The notes under the pieces were generated by a model. It had not been told where the DNA came from and did not search any database. It saw only the letters and a list, made by a program, of their open reading frames with translations. Positions 51,130-64,000 of a DNA stretch of 64,000 bases are shown here, piece after piece; the first letter of the stretch is position 1, and every line of letters starts with the position of its first letter. Made by a program: the position numbers and the translations under genes. This stretch comes from Felis catus. Its lineage: Eukaryota. The DNA lies in the NCBI RefSeq assembly GCF_018350175.1, contig NC_058368.1:75332001-75396000 (forward strand). Direction: 5' to 3'.

Positions 51130-52060
51130 AAAATAATATGGTTCCAGGTCTGAGCTTGCCATTTGCCGTCATGAGTTCCACCGATTTGCCCGTGAAAATG
51201 AATAACACTGTCATAGACATTTTTAATATGCAAACTAACGAGTGCATAGTGATACCCACAGATTGTAAACATGTAAGATAAAAAGATAAAAAGAAAGATA
51301 ACTTTACGGAACATGTCAGGTAATAAGCATAGAAGAAATGATACAATTAGAATATCTCAATTTTACAATGAACTTGCAATGTAAAGTTATTTTAGGCAAG
51401 GATCGTCCATTGGGTGATAGGTGGTTGGGGAGTAAGGTTTTCGCGTGGCCTCAAAATACTTGGCCTAAGCATCAATTGCAAAGTGAAATACGTTTTCTAT
51501 TGCGAATGCCCTTCAGACAACTAATTACATTCAAAATAGGCACATAGTGCCTTCTGATAACATACACAGGCAGATGTCATAATGCCTGTGTCATATTATT
51601 GCTAAAAAAAAAAAACCCAAAACCAAAAACAACAGGCACCATAATCTAATCTCGAGGAAACAAAGTTAACACCTGCGTGGAGATTGCAAGTAGGGTTGTT
51701 TTGAAAGGAAACTGAAACTGAAATCATGAAAACTTCGCCATCGTGGGGAGAAAGAGAGTTGGAGACTAATGAGATTATGAAAAACTAAAGACAAAAGTCA
51801 TGCAAAAAGTGTGTTATAATGGATGGAATCCTGAAGAGAAAAACAAACCATCAAAAAGCTCTAACAGACTTTCAGAACAACAAAATGGGGATTATTCAGC
51901 CTGAATTAGATTACGTTACTGAATTGGTGTTGATTTTCTTAAACACGATAATGACATTGTACTTATAAAAACAATGTTTTATGTTTCGGATGTCCATGGA
52001 GAAATGTTAATGATGTATTATATCTGCATCCTACTTTTAAATGTCTCATAAGGAAAAAAA
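51130..52060 (+). mobile_element. Old L1 3' UTR (L1MC4/5-like)
   Basis: CATAATCTAATCTCGAGGAAACA; TGGAATCCTGAA; GTTGATTTTCTTAAACACGATAATGACATTGT; TATCTGCATCCTACTTTTAAATG. Confidence 0.65.
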
Positions 52061-52074
52061 AAATTAACAATAGT

Positions 52075-52384
52075 TTCAACTCACTTCATCCCGTCCCGTA
52101 GGCATTGTATCATCTCACATCATCACAAGAAGGGTGGATAGAGCACAATAAGCTATTTTGAGAGAGAAAGACACATAATTTTTATTACAGTAAATTGTTA
52201 TAATTGTTCTATTTTATTATTGTTGTTGGCAGTCTGACTGAGTCCAGCTTGTAAATTAACTATCCTGGGTATGTATATATAGGAAAACACACAGAATTTT
52301 AGCATTTGGGGCTGTCTGCGTTTTCAGACATCCAGTGGGGGTCTTGGAATGTATCTCTGGTGGGTAAGGGTGGGGAGCCCACTG
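52075..52384 (+). mobile_element. MER44/Tigger7-type Tc1-mariner fragment
   Basis: CGTAGGCATTGTATCATCTCACATCATCACAAGAAGGGTG...TTTCAGACATCCAGTGGGGGTCTTGGAATGTATC...CACTG followed by TA. Confidence 0.9.
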
Positions 52385-55300
52385 TACTGTGATGTTAAGA
52401 ATTCAGTTATTTCACGATGTAGGAGTACAGTATGTAAAAGGCAATAGAATGTTCTAAACATATGTTACCATTTACTCCGCTGTGAATTTCCAAAATAAAA
52501 TATTTTTCATATTTTAAAATTTGAACTGGGCTTCAAAAATGTTTTGTCTCATTTAACTAATTCTACTGCTATTCTTCATTAACATAGCACATCAACTTAT
52601 ATTGGTCTTTGTATTATAGTGGCCCTGCGTTTTAAGTTAAAATAATCTGGCCCCTGTAAGTTACTTGTAACTAAAATTCACTGTCTGGATGAAAATATAA
52701 ATTTTGGAATATTGACTTCTTGACAATAAGTTGAATTTATAATTAGACAACATTTAATTAAGGAAGCATATAAGCTTAGAGACATAACAGAATCAATGAG
52801 TTGATTTAACACAGTAATCTAGCTAAATTATTAGTATGTCAAAATAATGTATTAACTCTAAATGATATAGTAGCCAATGAATCATACTGAAATGATAGTA
52901 GTAAAATATGCTTTAGCTTCTTAGAGGTTGAATATATTACTGTAAAGATAATATTTTATGTGATTTTGCTAAGAATGTGAATATTGATTGGCTCTTTATA
53001 CATTGATGAAGGGAATTTAAAACATAGGTTTATTATTATTCAGTTGAAAAATGCATATTTTTCTCTATTCAGAGTGTTTCCTTTTTTGATCCATTTTCAT
53101 TTCCCTTATAAATTAATGGCTGTCCACTGGATAATCAGATGCCTTCAGCAGCAACAATCGTTTCCTTTCATGTTTCCAGCAGATGCAAAGATGTTAATTT
53201 CTTCTAAGAACAACTAAGTTGAATTCCACTGTGTCCCTAATGTAGTTATGTAATCACCCAATGGATTTACTTGCAAGTAGAGAAATACTGCTTGCTTAAA
53301 CTTAAACCATTAAACATTTATTAGTGTAATTTTTATTAAGATTTCTCATTTTTCTTCCAAGGAATTCATCTTTAAATGCTCTCTTCCTCTGAAAGAATTA
53401 CCTATAATGCTATTTCAAGCTATGAAATCTTGGAGTGTTTTAGATATGCAATACACTAGGTTTTTGCAAGTGTCTTCAAAGTTATAATGAATCATATCAT
53501 AGAGCCTCATATCCTAGTTCCTTCTGTAGAGCCCCCACTTCCTCCAAAAGTCTATAATCTGTGGAGATTATAATAAGGATGAAGTCAATTACCAACATCT
53601 TATCAATACAGTGAAATAATCATGTCCATATAGTCGAAGTATTGGTCATTTCAATTGAAATGGTTGATCCTGATCACTGACAGAGCAAAATATACTATCT
53701 GATCTAGGATCAATCCTTACAACCGAAAACTCAAACCATATATGTTACCCAAGCACCACTAAATTGTTCTTTTATTGAAGGTACAGACTTAATCATGGTG
53801 AAATGGTGACACTTCAAGTGAATGTTATACACCAAGAACTCTAAGAATCCTAGCAAATATTAGGGGGCTTAATCAAAGCAACCAAAATAAACTCAAACAT
53901 GTGCCAAGAACAGAAACATCAGTATTAAGCCCGATTACATTGATTTTTTGATCAAACTTTTCAGAAAAGAGCATTATGAGGAGATAAATGAAGCAAGGAG
54001 AGCCATGTCTGGAAAAACATTAAAGAGGGATGATTTAAGAGTTTTAATTTTTTCCCCATGAGCTACACGTTACATTCAAAGTTGTAATCTGAAATACCTG
54101 TTGCCTTGACTTTCTTACCGTTTTGATTTTTCTTTCTGGTTAAAACCACGTACCACCATTCAGCTTTGGATCCTTGTGTGCACTGTCTTTTTCTGTTTCC
54201 AAAATGTTGTTTTGGTGGAAGTCAGCCCGATTTCACAGATTTTCGCATGCTGACCACAATGCAGATGGGTCTAGGCAATTTCGGTTTTTTCTCAAATACT
54301 TTCACTTACTCTGCAAACATTTGGAAAATGAAAATTGGAGTTTTTACTGAAGTGTGACACAGTTTTAGTTTTGCTGAATGTGATAATTAAATACCAATTG
54401 CCTGAGTATAATATAAGTAAACTATTTTACTGAGTCTATACAATAACATGTATACTAATTATGCACTAATAAATATGTGTGCATGAACAAAACTCCACAA
54501 TGAAGAAACTAACCCACCTTACAGGGTTGATATGAAAATGTAACGTACAAACGGGGAGCATTTTGAAATTGCAAAGCGGTCATTTTAGCTTTTACCAATA
54601 TGAATTGTAATTAATATTCAGAATCATGATATATATACTTATTCACTATCTTTGAAATATTAAAAAATCTTTCTTTTTTAATCCATAAGCGAAACTCTAT
54701 TATATACAAAATTATGATTTTAGTCAAAAGTTAATTTTACCCACTATCTTTTTTTAAATAATATCTAGATGTAACAGATAAGATGAGGTTTCTGCCCATC
54801 GTGGCCTAAAGAGGAATAATGGATGTTTTGTTTTGCAGTTAAATCTGTCTTTATTTTCAAATGCTCACGATACTTGCTTTTACCACTCAGTTGGAATAAT
54901 GGAGCTCTACACTTTTTGCAACTCTACTATATAACATGTGTTTTAAGTATGGCAGATGATACATGTCAGTTTCTTAAATTCACTTTACCTACTACCTCGT
55001 TAGTAGTATGTTTGAAGATAATTATGGCAAGTCATTGGAAAAATTGAAATGTTAAACTCTATCATATTTAAGTTGCAATGTGTTGTGGAGTTACTTATAA
55101 CTCAAAGAAAATAATTTTGAGTGATATAATTAACAAATGATTGTGGTACCCTGAATAATAATCCTTCTTGAAACATTTCCTTAATGGGTATTTATTTCCT
55201 ATCTTTTTGAAAGTAATTTATTTTTTCTAATGTAAAATTCAGAAATAAGGTGATAGGTAAGAAAATAAATATCACTGTTAGCCAATGTTAATATGTTCAG

Positions 55301-55479
55301 TCCTGTAATTCAATCCTGTAATTTTCAATCCTATAATTTTAGTTATTTTCTATCCTGTAATTTTAGCTATTTTTCTAGATGGAAGTCATATATAATCCCC
55401 AAATTGGTATTTCCTTATATATCTCCATTTTCTATCTCTCTGTCTACATATCTATTTATAGTTTTGTATTTTTTTTGGT

Positions 55480-55770
55480 TAAACAATTTATGTAATATTA
55501 AAAAATATTAAACAATTTATGTAATATAAATTAAAAATATTTAAAATAAAATATTAAAATATAAAAATATTAAAATATATATTAAATATTAAAATATATT
55601 AAAATATAAAATATAATTTAAAAATATTAAAATATAATAAAATAAAATAAAAATATATTAAAATATTAAAATAATTAAAATGTGTAATATTAAAATATAT
55701 GTAATATTAAAATATGAAAAATTAAAATGTTAAAATATATTAATATATTAAAATATATTAAAATATATCA
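55480..55770. repeat. Extremely AT-rich degenerate minisatellite (AAAATATT-like units)
   Basis: ~290 bp almost without G/C. Confidence 0.92.
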
Positions 55771-56659
55771 TAGAATGTATATAACAAATTTAAAGGAAAT
55801 GTATTAATATTGAAAATTACTTCAATTTTTTCACAAAAATATATAAAACCACTATGTCAAATTTGTCTTTAAATGTTTGTTTCTGTGTTTAATTATTTTA
55901 TGATAATACATGTCTAGGATCAAGGTTACCAATTCAAATTTGACATAATGTGTTGAAAATTTTTCAAGAAATATCAGGTATCTTCCTAGAAAACTCACAT
56001 TACTTATGCAAACAACATCAGAGCATGAATGGACCTACATAACTGTAACTTTAACACATTTGACAACAATATCTATGTTTTAAGTTTGTAAGCCAGGATT
56101 ACTCTACAAACTTGTTTTTTGTTTGGTTTGGTTTGGTTTGGTTTGGGTGTTTTCTTTCTTTTTTTTTTTTTTTTTTTGAAGAGTTTGAGGTTGCCTAGGA
56201 TATTTCAAAATGGCTGAATGTTTCATCAATAGTTGTGAGGAAGCAGTGTTCGCTGTTCTTAGAATATATAGCTTCTACACAAGTTATTTCAATATCATCA
56301 GTTATGTTCCTCAAACGCTGTTCTCTTTTGTTTGTTTCTTGATTTATAAAAGACAGAGTAGCATGCAAAAGACACCAAGGTAAATCTTTTTTCAATTTCT
56401 TCTTATATAAATTGTATTCATATATATTTAATGCACCATACGTTTTGTGTTCAGTATTTATTCTTTGCCCATTGTATATTTTATGACATTTTCCTCTATA
56501 TTTCACTTAATGCTTTTTCTGTTGAATTCTTATTTTCTAACATTAATACAAGCAAACTTATTTCCCTTTTTTCTCTTCTTCTTCTTTTTTTCTCTTTTTG
56601 GCTTGGCATATCCCAACCCTTTATTAAAAAAATAATAAATATTAAAAAATGCCTTTTCA

Positions 56660-56855
56660 AGGCACCCGGATGGCTCAGTCAGTTAAGCGTCATGATCTCA
56701 GGGTTGGTAAGTTCCAGCCCCGCATCCAGCTTGGTGCACAGAGCCTGCTTCAGATTTTCTTTTCCCCTTTCTCTCTGCCCCTTCTCCACTCTCTCTCTCA
56801 AAAATAAATAAAACATTTAAAAAAAATTTTAAAAAGTAATAAATACGAAAATTTT
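56660..56855 (+). mobile_element. Older Can-SINE with internal deletions
   Basis: GGCACCCGGATGGCTCAGTC head; near-TSD AAAAATG(C/T)CTTTT. Confidence 0.88.
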
Positions 56856-56923
56856 AAAAATGTCTTTTGTATTCAGTGTGTCTGCTGTATGTTGCATTCA
56901 CTTATTTTAAAAACAAAAGTTTT

Positions 56924-57159
56924 GGGGCGCCTGGGTGGCGCAGTCGGTTAAGCGGCCGACTTCAGCCAGGTCACGATCTCGCGGTCCGGGAGTTCGAGCC
57001 CCGCGTCGGGCTCTGGGCTGATGGCTCGGAGCCTGGAGCCTGTTTCCGATTCTGTGTCTCCCTCTCTCTCTGCCCCTCCCCTGTTCATGCTCTGTCTTCT
57101 CTCTGTCCCAAAAAAAAATAAATAAATGTTGAAAAAAAAAATTTTTAAAAAAAAAAACA
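56924..57159 (+). mobile_element. Young felid Can-SINE
   Basis: TSD AAAAACAAAAGTTTT at 56909-56923 and 57160-57174. Confidence 0.97.
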
Positions 57160-58489
57160 AAAAACAAAAGTTTTATTAAAGTAGCTACAGGTAATAATAG
57201 ATAAAAAAAAAAAAAAAGCCAAATCATAAGCATGCAGGTTCAGTAAATTTTTCTATGCAGCTATCAGTCAAAACAATAGAAAATTTCTAACATACATACA
57301 AGAAGCACAGCCCCCTTATGAAATCCCTTGCTTCTCAAGAACTTAACCCTTTTGTCATCATTGGTATAAAAGTTTTATCTCAGTCACCATATTTTTAAAT
57401 GTTGTCGCCTTTATCCATTTTTTCTAGTTTTTCACTGACACGTGTATTACGTTGACTTGTCTTAAGTGAAAGAAATCCGTCCTATTTTATTAGAATTTAA
57501 AAAATTGTTTAGATTTCTTAAAATGTTACCTTAAGGACATTTCCAAACAGAATAAAATTTAAGTTATTTATAATAGCTTTTGACTGTTTCCTCAAATAAG
57601 GTAAGGAATTTACCATGAATTCACATTCCTCATTCTCCCACTTCCTGACATTAAGAATATAAAGATTTTTCCCCTAGGAGTCCTAAGGATGAGGACACTA
57701 TGATATGATGTACAATATCCTCAAGGAAACACCGTTATAGTGGAGACAGATATGAGCATAAGGTTGCTGTTTTTTCTATTATCCTTAAAAATAAGTCAAG
57801 CCAAAGGAAAATTCATAACAACACCAAGGCTCCAGATAGCTGTTATAATTGATCCACAGCCAGCAGTGGTTGGGTATCGAGTAGCTGGATTTCATCTTAG
57901 TGATCTATTTGGGAAAAAAAAAAATTGTGTTTGATCCAGAAAGTGAATAAAAAATCAATAAGTGCAATGTTTGCAAGAAAGAAGTATACAATATTTTAGG
58001 TAACCACTCTCCAGAAACTAAGCAAGAGATCATAATTTTAAAACAGCATATTAAAGTCAACATTCCAGAATATTTACTAGAATAGATGGATTTCATTTCA
58101 TTGGGGTAATTTATGAAATACATTTTCACTTGGCTAAGTTTCTGATAGTTATTGAGTAGTAGTGAAATTTTAGTCACTTAGAAGTTCTCAAGCCATCATT
58201 TTTACTGAGTTATCATGTTAGTGCAGGAAATAATTCTTCAGTTCAGAGTTGAGTATGAGAAAGAAATGGAATTATATCTGGAAAATTGAAAACTCCATGG
58301 AATCATCTGCTGCGAAAGAAAAGTTACTTCTCCTGTAGTTGATTATGAACTAAGGAACTAAATCTATTTTGATGAATATCTACATGCTAATAAGTATTAA
58401 CATTTATTATAGACATATTTATGCCTGCCTTCCTATAATATATATATATATATATATATATAGATTAGAAAAAAATACAGTCATAAAAA

Positions 58490-59945
58490 ATTAAAAATAA
58501 CATTTCAGAAAAAAGTTAGATTCCAAAAACTGGGAAGATAGTACAATTTCCATATACTCCACAGTCTGATTCTTCTATTAACATAAAATATTAATGTATA
58601 TTATTTGTTGCAATTAAATCAAAAATGATACGCTATTAAGTAAAGATTATTCTTTATTCAGATTTGATTAGTTTTTACCTGATGTCCTTTTTTTTTATGT
58701 TCCAGGAGCTTATACAGGATACCATAGTACATTTAATTGTAGTGTTTTCTTCGTTAGTATAGTTTCTTAGCCTTTTTTCCTTTTTTTTTTTTTCTTTTGC
58801 TATGAAAGTTTTAAGGACTACTGAACTGGTATTTTTCAGAATGCCCGTCAATTGAGATGTGTCTGATGATGTTTATTTAATGGTTAGATTGAGATTATGT
58901 GGTCTTGGTAGCCCAAAGGGTAAAGTCACATTCTCTACACAACCTATCGATTATTTTTACTATCAAATGACTTGACACTCTAGTTGTTAAAATCAACTAT
59001 TTGGCTGAAGTAGTGTTGGTTAGGGCTTGACCCTGTAAAGTTACTCCCTTCCTCCTTTTCCATACTGTACTCTTTGAAAAGAAGTCACTATGCATAGTCC
59101 ACATTTAAACATCAAGGAATGAGGTGTGCAACCCTTGATCTTGGGGTCATTGAGTTCAGGCCCCAAAATGGGTGTAGAGATTGATTAAAAAAATAAAATA
59201 AAACTTAAACAATGTGGAGTCACGTGCACTTCTTTGAGGATGGACCGTCTACATAAAATCTGTGGAGACCTTCTACACAGATTTGTTTCTTCTCCTTCAT
59301 TGATTCATCTATCTAATCATTCATTCATTGGAGGTGGTACTTATGGATGTTTGTTTATACTTTGGGTTTTAATCCAGTGTTACTTTATTTTGTTGCTCAG
59401 ATCATTACAACGTTGGCCTCAGGGTGTACTTTGATGAGGCTCCTGTGTCCTGTTGATATACCTCATCAATATGTGTGGCCTTTGGCTTATTTGTTGTGCT
59501 TCTCTACTTTCTGGTACTTTCTGGTACTACACGATGCTCCAGGCTCCTCTTACATATTTGCCGTCCCTGTCTTAGAATCAGCTGTTTCTCTAAGGATCCT
59601 GGGTCCTGTTATTGGAGAATGATATTAGAATCCAAAAACTTTGGAGCTGGGTGGGCTCGTTGCTATGGTGGTATAATTGTTTCTAGAGCTCCCGACTTAC
59701 AGAACAAGGGAAAATCTGTATATATATTAACTGCATGTTATGTAATATCTACATGTAATCACCTGTCACTATATTAAACTAAACTGTTCATGCTGATGCG
59801 TCCAATTCTAATCTGTTACCACATGGAATCTTGTAGCCTCCTCTGCTTGCCTATCTGTAAATACCTGCTTCAACAGTGAGAAACCTGGTTCTGGCCATCT
59901 GTCATTCATTTATTTAATTGTTCAACTCTACATGTAGAGTTTAGA
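58490..59945 (-). mobile_element. L1MD-like 3' UTR, containing a short tRNA-SINE fragment at ~59120-59205 (+)
   Basis: TTTATTCAGATTTGATTAGTTTTTACCTGATGTCC; CTGTAAAGTTACTCCCTT...CCATACTGTACTCTTTG; ACTACACGATGCTCCAGGCTC; AACAGTGAGAAACCTGG. Confidence 0.85.
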
Positions 59946-60009
59946 TTTTTGATTAATCCAAAAATATACTGAAAACAAGTCTTGGTAAATTCTGTCCAAG
60001 AATATTCAT

Positions 60010-60530
60010 GAGGCAGCCAGGTTCAATGCTGAGATGCAAAGAATTTAGAAGTCATCCCTTTGTTTTTGCATAACAAAAGCTGGAAGATGTGAAAATCAAT
60101 GACTTCTGGGACTCATGGAAGAACTGAAGTCACAAGGCAAACGGTCACTTGAAATGTTGTGACAGGAGAGACACGGATATGCTCACCTGAAGCAAAAGCT
60201 GCCGAAGTCTTAAACCAGAATATTAAATGGTAATTTCGAAGAATTACCAGAGGTCAAATGTGGACTGACATGAGAATGAGAACTTCCTGGGGGCTGAAGT
60301 GATGGCAGGAGCACATTTTCTTCATCCCTACCTTCCAGAACGTTCTCTTGGTGAGGATATAAAAAAGATCTCAGCTCTGGGAAGGAGAGAGGAAGATGAA
60401 TCCTGATGAAATACACTGAAGGCCTTTTCCATAATACAGATCTTCTCTCCAGAGGAAAGGTCCTTACAGAGCCTTAGCCCAACTGTGGGAAGGAAATCCA
60501 TCCAGAGAAAGGATAAGAAAAAAATGGTAT
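60010..60530 (+). mobile_element. Old L1 5' UTR (L1MD-like)
   Basis: AAAAGCTGGAAGATGTGAAAATCAATGACTT...GAACTGAAGTCACAAGGCAAAC...TTAAATGGTAATTTCGAAGAATT...TGTGGACT. Confidence 0.6.
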
Positions 60531-60569
60531 GAAGAATAGTTACAGGAACCAGGATTAGAAATTGTATAT

Positions 60570-61300
60570 GTTCTGTAGAGCTATTAGAAATCAAATCTGG
60601 GTCAGTGGAATCAAATAGAAAACACAGAAAGTGGACCCCAGCCTATATAAGAATTTAACATATGATGAAGTCGATGTTTCAGTTTAGTAAGGAAACAGAC
60701 AAAAGGTTTAATGCACAGAAGTAGCATCACTTACTACTTGCTGTTGTTTAGGAAAAATAAAATAAAATTGGAAGCATATCTTACCAAAAAGGGAGAGGGA
60801 TTCAAAGAAACTAAATAAAGACTAGCAAAATAAAACCATAGTTCTCACGTAAGGAAATCATGCAGAAACTAATTAGACAAGGGGAAATTTTCTTAACCAA
60901 GGCTTATATCAAGATGCTGTAAAAAGAATGGCATGGTAGCCCATAAAAAATAAAGCTTTGCATAAGAAAACACCCTACAAACAAAATCAACAGACAGCCA
61001 ATAGACTGGGAGAAATAAATTTAGTGTAGAATTCAGCCAGAGGTAAAATTTCATGAGGAACAAAGGTTTTAAAAGGAGAAAGTAACCCACCTGATAAGAA
61101 AATTGAAAGAGATTATGAAAAGTAACTCACAGAACAGAAAATCAAAATGTTTCACCAACCACATAAAAAGATGCTTTAACTCAGTTGGTCTCATATAAAT
61201 GAGTAATAGACTGACAATGTGATACCGTTATACCCATAACATGTTTGTAGTGAACTTGAAGAAAATAAAGTCGATAAATACAGGAGTACACTTGTGAAAG
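60570..61300 (+). mobile_element. Ancient L1 ORF2 3' remnant
   Basis: TAGAAAACACAGAAAGTGGACCC; AACAGACAGCCAATAGACTGGGAGAAATA; CACATAAAAAGATGCTTTAACTCA. Confidence 0.7.
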
Positions 61301-61460
61301 ACTTTGTATGCTATGTTAACTGGCTTTCACTGAATTCTACAGTCATTATGGAAATAGTGAAGTATTTCAAATATGAGTTAAAGATGGAAAAACTACAGTT
61401 TTTAAAGCAGTTAGAAAATTGGTGTTGAAAATCTTAAAGATCATTTGAGAGTTACTCTTC

Positions 61461-61659
61461 GGGCACCTGGGTGGCTCATTCAGTTGAGCACCAGACTCTT
61501 GACCTAGGCTCAGGGCCCTTGGGATTGGGCCCCGAGTCAAGGTCTGGGCTGAAGGACTGACAGGGAGGAGCCTGCTTGGGATTTTCTCTCTGTCCCTCCC
61601 CTGCTCATGCACACGATGCTCTCTCTTTCTCTCTCTCTCTAAATAAACTTTTAAAAAAA
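61461..61659 (+). mobile_element. Older Can-SINE
   Basis: GGGCACCTGGGTGGCTCA head, CT-rich body, tail. Confidence 0.9.
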
Positions 61660-62914
61660 GTTAATTTTGATGGCCTTCACCAAAATAAGGAAGAGAGGAG
61701 AGGAAACAGATTTGGATGCCTGAGGATAATTATTAATTCCTGTTTAATAGCGAGGTTATGATGGTCACTAAGAAAATGATATATTTCTAAGAGATGCATG
61801 GGTTGAAGATCCGTATACGTAAATGCTAGTTAAGAATGGAAGTGAGTAACTACTCAAGGACTGAGGAACAAGAGGATGAAAGGGGCTTTTTAGGCAACTT
61901 TGCATCACATCCAGAATGAAGTGTTGAGCACTGAAGAGCGAACCAATGTACCAAGCTCCGTATATTGGGTATCGTATTCTGTAGTTATGGTTTGGAATTC
62001 TTGGAAAGTAAAACAGCAGTAATGCTGTTCTTTCTGTTCCAAACGCATTATGCCAGAGTCTGGTGAGCGAAAAGGCTGAAAAAAAAAATCATGCTATAGA
62101 TTAGAATATAATTCACCATGCATGAGTGCCCATTCAAATTAGCATCTTTAATTGGTTCCACAAGTTGGATGTGCATATAGCCTCATTTTTTTGTTGGTTG
62201 ATTTGTTTATATCCAATTTGTGGTGTTGAGGTGAAACTTGTTGACTATTCAGAGGAACAAAGCACTGTTTTAGGTGGAACAGATCTGAATGGAGTTTTCT
62301 CTATAAGGGAGGGAGCAGAGTGAAATAAGATTATTAAACTGCTTGGCTGCATAACTTTCCCTAAAGCTGTGCTTCCAGGCATTTTTCCATTGCCCACCGG
62401 TGTGCTTCTAGTACCCCACATATAGGATAGTTATGTGGAGAGTCGCTCTATCTGCCTGTATGCCAGTATAAATACCTAGGACTCTTTTTCACTTTTAAAA
62501 TCCTCCTGAGTTAGGAAACAAATTATATGGCCACCGTACTCGAATAATACAGTTTGATTGCAGTTTACTTTACGTTGTGACTTCATACCTCCTATATATC
62601 TCATTTCAGGCAATTATCATTTTTTGTCCACATTTTTTAGCCAAATATTTTATATTAGTATGCAGATATTATTCATGTAGATAATATCCTATACGAACTA
62701 CACTTTTCCCTCACTCATTGGTATATTTGTACAAGTAATCAGAAATAGAACCTCTTGGTATTGTGTTGGGAGAAATCATTAACCGTGGATGTCTAGAGAG
62801 TCAGAAAAGGATTTATAGAGAAAGTGAGGTTTGAGCTGGGTGTTGAGTAATGGTAGCTCACAGACGACGTTTCTGTTGACCTTTTAATCTTAGAGAACTG
62901 ACAAAATCAGAAAA

Positions 62915-63055
62915 GTCTTAGCTAGACTCTGAGCACGGAGATGTGAGTAAAGCTTTACCTTCTTTATTTTTGTATTCCCAGGGCCAACGCACTTCCTAGC
63001 ATACAGTTAGTTTACAGTAAACACTGGTAGCTTGAATAAATCGATAAATAAATGG
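62915..63055 (+). mobile_element. L2 3' terminus
   Basis: CTAGACTCTGAGC...TTTGTATTCCCAGGGCC...CCTAGCATACAG...TGAATAAAT. Confidence 0.7.
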
Positions 63056-63794
63056 GTCGGGAAAGGCCATAGAAATGATGCTAGGCCTCCTTTAGGTCTC
63101 CAAATTCTACCTTCCTTTTTTAAAATTGCACCTATTAATCAGTACATACTGGGATCTGGGATTAGGTAATCATTTCAAATGGATCCTGGAACCCTTTTAC
63201 AATATCAAGTCTGATCCGTGTTTGTGTTTGCCGTATATATATTCAGGGAAATATTTTTGATCACCCTAGCATTTTCATGTATAATGCCGAATCCCCTGGA
63301 GTATTCAGAGAAACAACAAAGTACTAGGAATTTATAATCTAATGCAAGAGATAAGACACTCCATTTAGAGGCAGACAGACTCTTGAGAAGCAAGAAACAT
63401 TTCTGTGTTGCATGAGTGGTGCAGTGAATATAATACTACATATTTTTTCGGAAAAGAAAGATCACTGAGCAGGGACTCTAAGAAGGAAAAAAAAAATAGA
63501 GTCATCCCGAAAAGGATAGACTTGAAGGAAACAAAGAGGCGGAATATTATTTTGTTACTTTAAGCAAAAGGAAAGGGCATTGTTCATAAGTGACAGAGAT
63601 GATCTGAAGATCAGATTAATCCTTTTGGATAACAGCTTCCTTTAGGATATTCAGGGTGCCTTCCATAGTCCAATGCTGAATATTAAAGAGAAGTAATAAA
63701 CGAATGAGCATATAGTCTTCCGAGGTGATTGGTTTAAAGAACAAAATATATTCTCTGTTAGACGTTCCAACGTTGTTATTTATTTATTATTTAT

Positions 63795-64000
63795 TTTTTT
63801 AACGTTCATTTATTATAGAGAGAGAGACACACAGAGCATGAGCAGGGGAGGAGTAGAGAGAGGGGGAGACACAGAATCTGAAGCAGGCTCCAGGTTCCAA
63901 GCCTTCAGCACAGAGTCCTATGCGGGGGCTTGGACTCACAAACCACAAGATCACGACCTGAGCCGAAGTGGGTGGCCCAACCAACGGAGCCACTCAGGCG
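63795..64000 (-). mobile_element. Felid Can-SINE (runs to window edge)
   Basis: Antisense body ending GAGCCACTCAGGCG. Confidence 0.93.

Noticed and set aside
53860..53950. CR1/L3-like peptide NQNKLKHVPR
   Set aside because: Too short; flanking RT motifs do not match
1..64000. CRISPR array, operon or prokaryotic defence system
   Set aside because: Mammalian DNA; all tandem repeats are microsatellites or local duplications without repeat-spacer structure

Overview
AT-rich, repeat-dense mammalian genomic DNA from a felid, identified by many tRNA-derived Can-SINEs including six near-identical young felid-type copies with intact target-site duplications (TSDs). No protein-coding exon, rRNA or tRNA gene, or CRISPR array can be supported, so the window looks intergenic or deep intronic. 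The ORF track is mostly explained by SINEs, microsatellites and decayed retroelements. It contains old L1, L2, MIR, MaLR (MLT1), LTR16-like and DNA-transposon (MER5, MER58, MER44/Tigger7) relics. Repeat families were named from recalled consensus sequences, not a database search. Most notable observations: (1) two complementary halves of an ERV-L provirus (gag-pro-RT on + at ~49.2-50.8 kb; RNaseH-integrase-dUTPase-3'LTR on - at ~27.5-29.15 kb), arranged as a ~21.7 kb inversion would leave them; (2) a unique CpG-retaining block at ~46.3-47.1 kb with codon-like periodicity, next to a cluster of RBPJ/CSL motifs; (3) a ~240 bp nested AT-rich palindrome; (4) a chimeric SINE carrying ~50 bp of foreign sequence. 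I found no firm evidence for a new biological system; these are testable leads.
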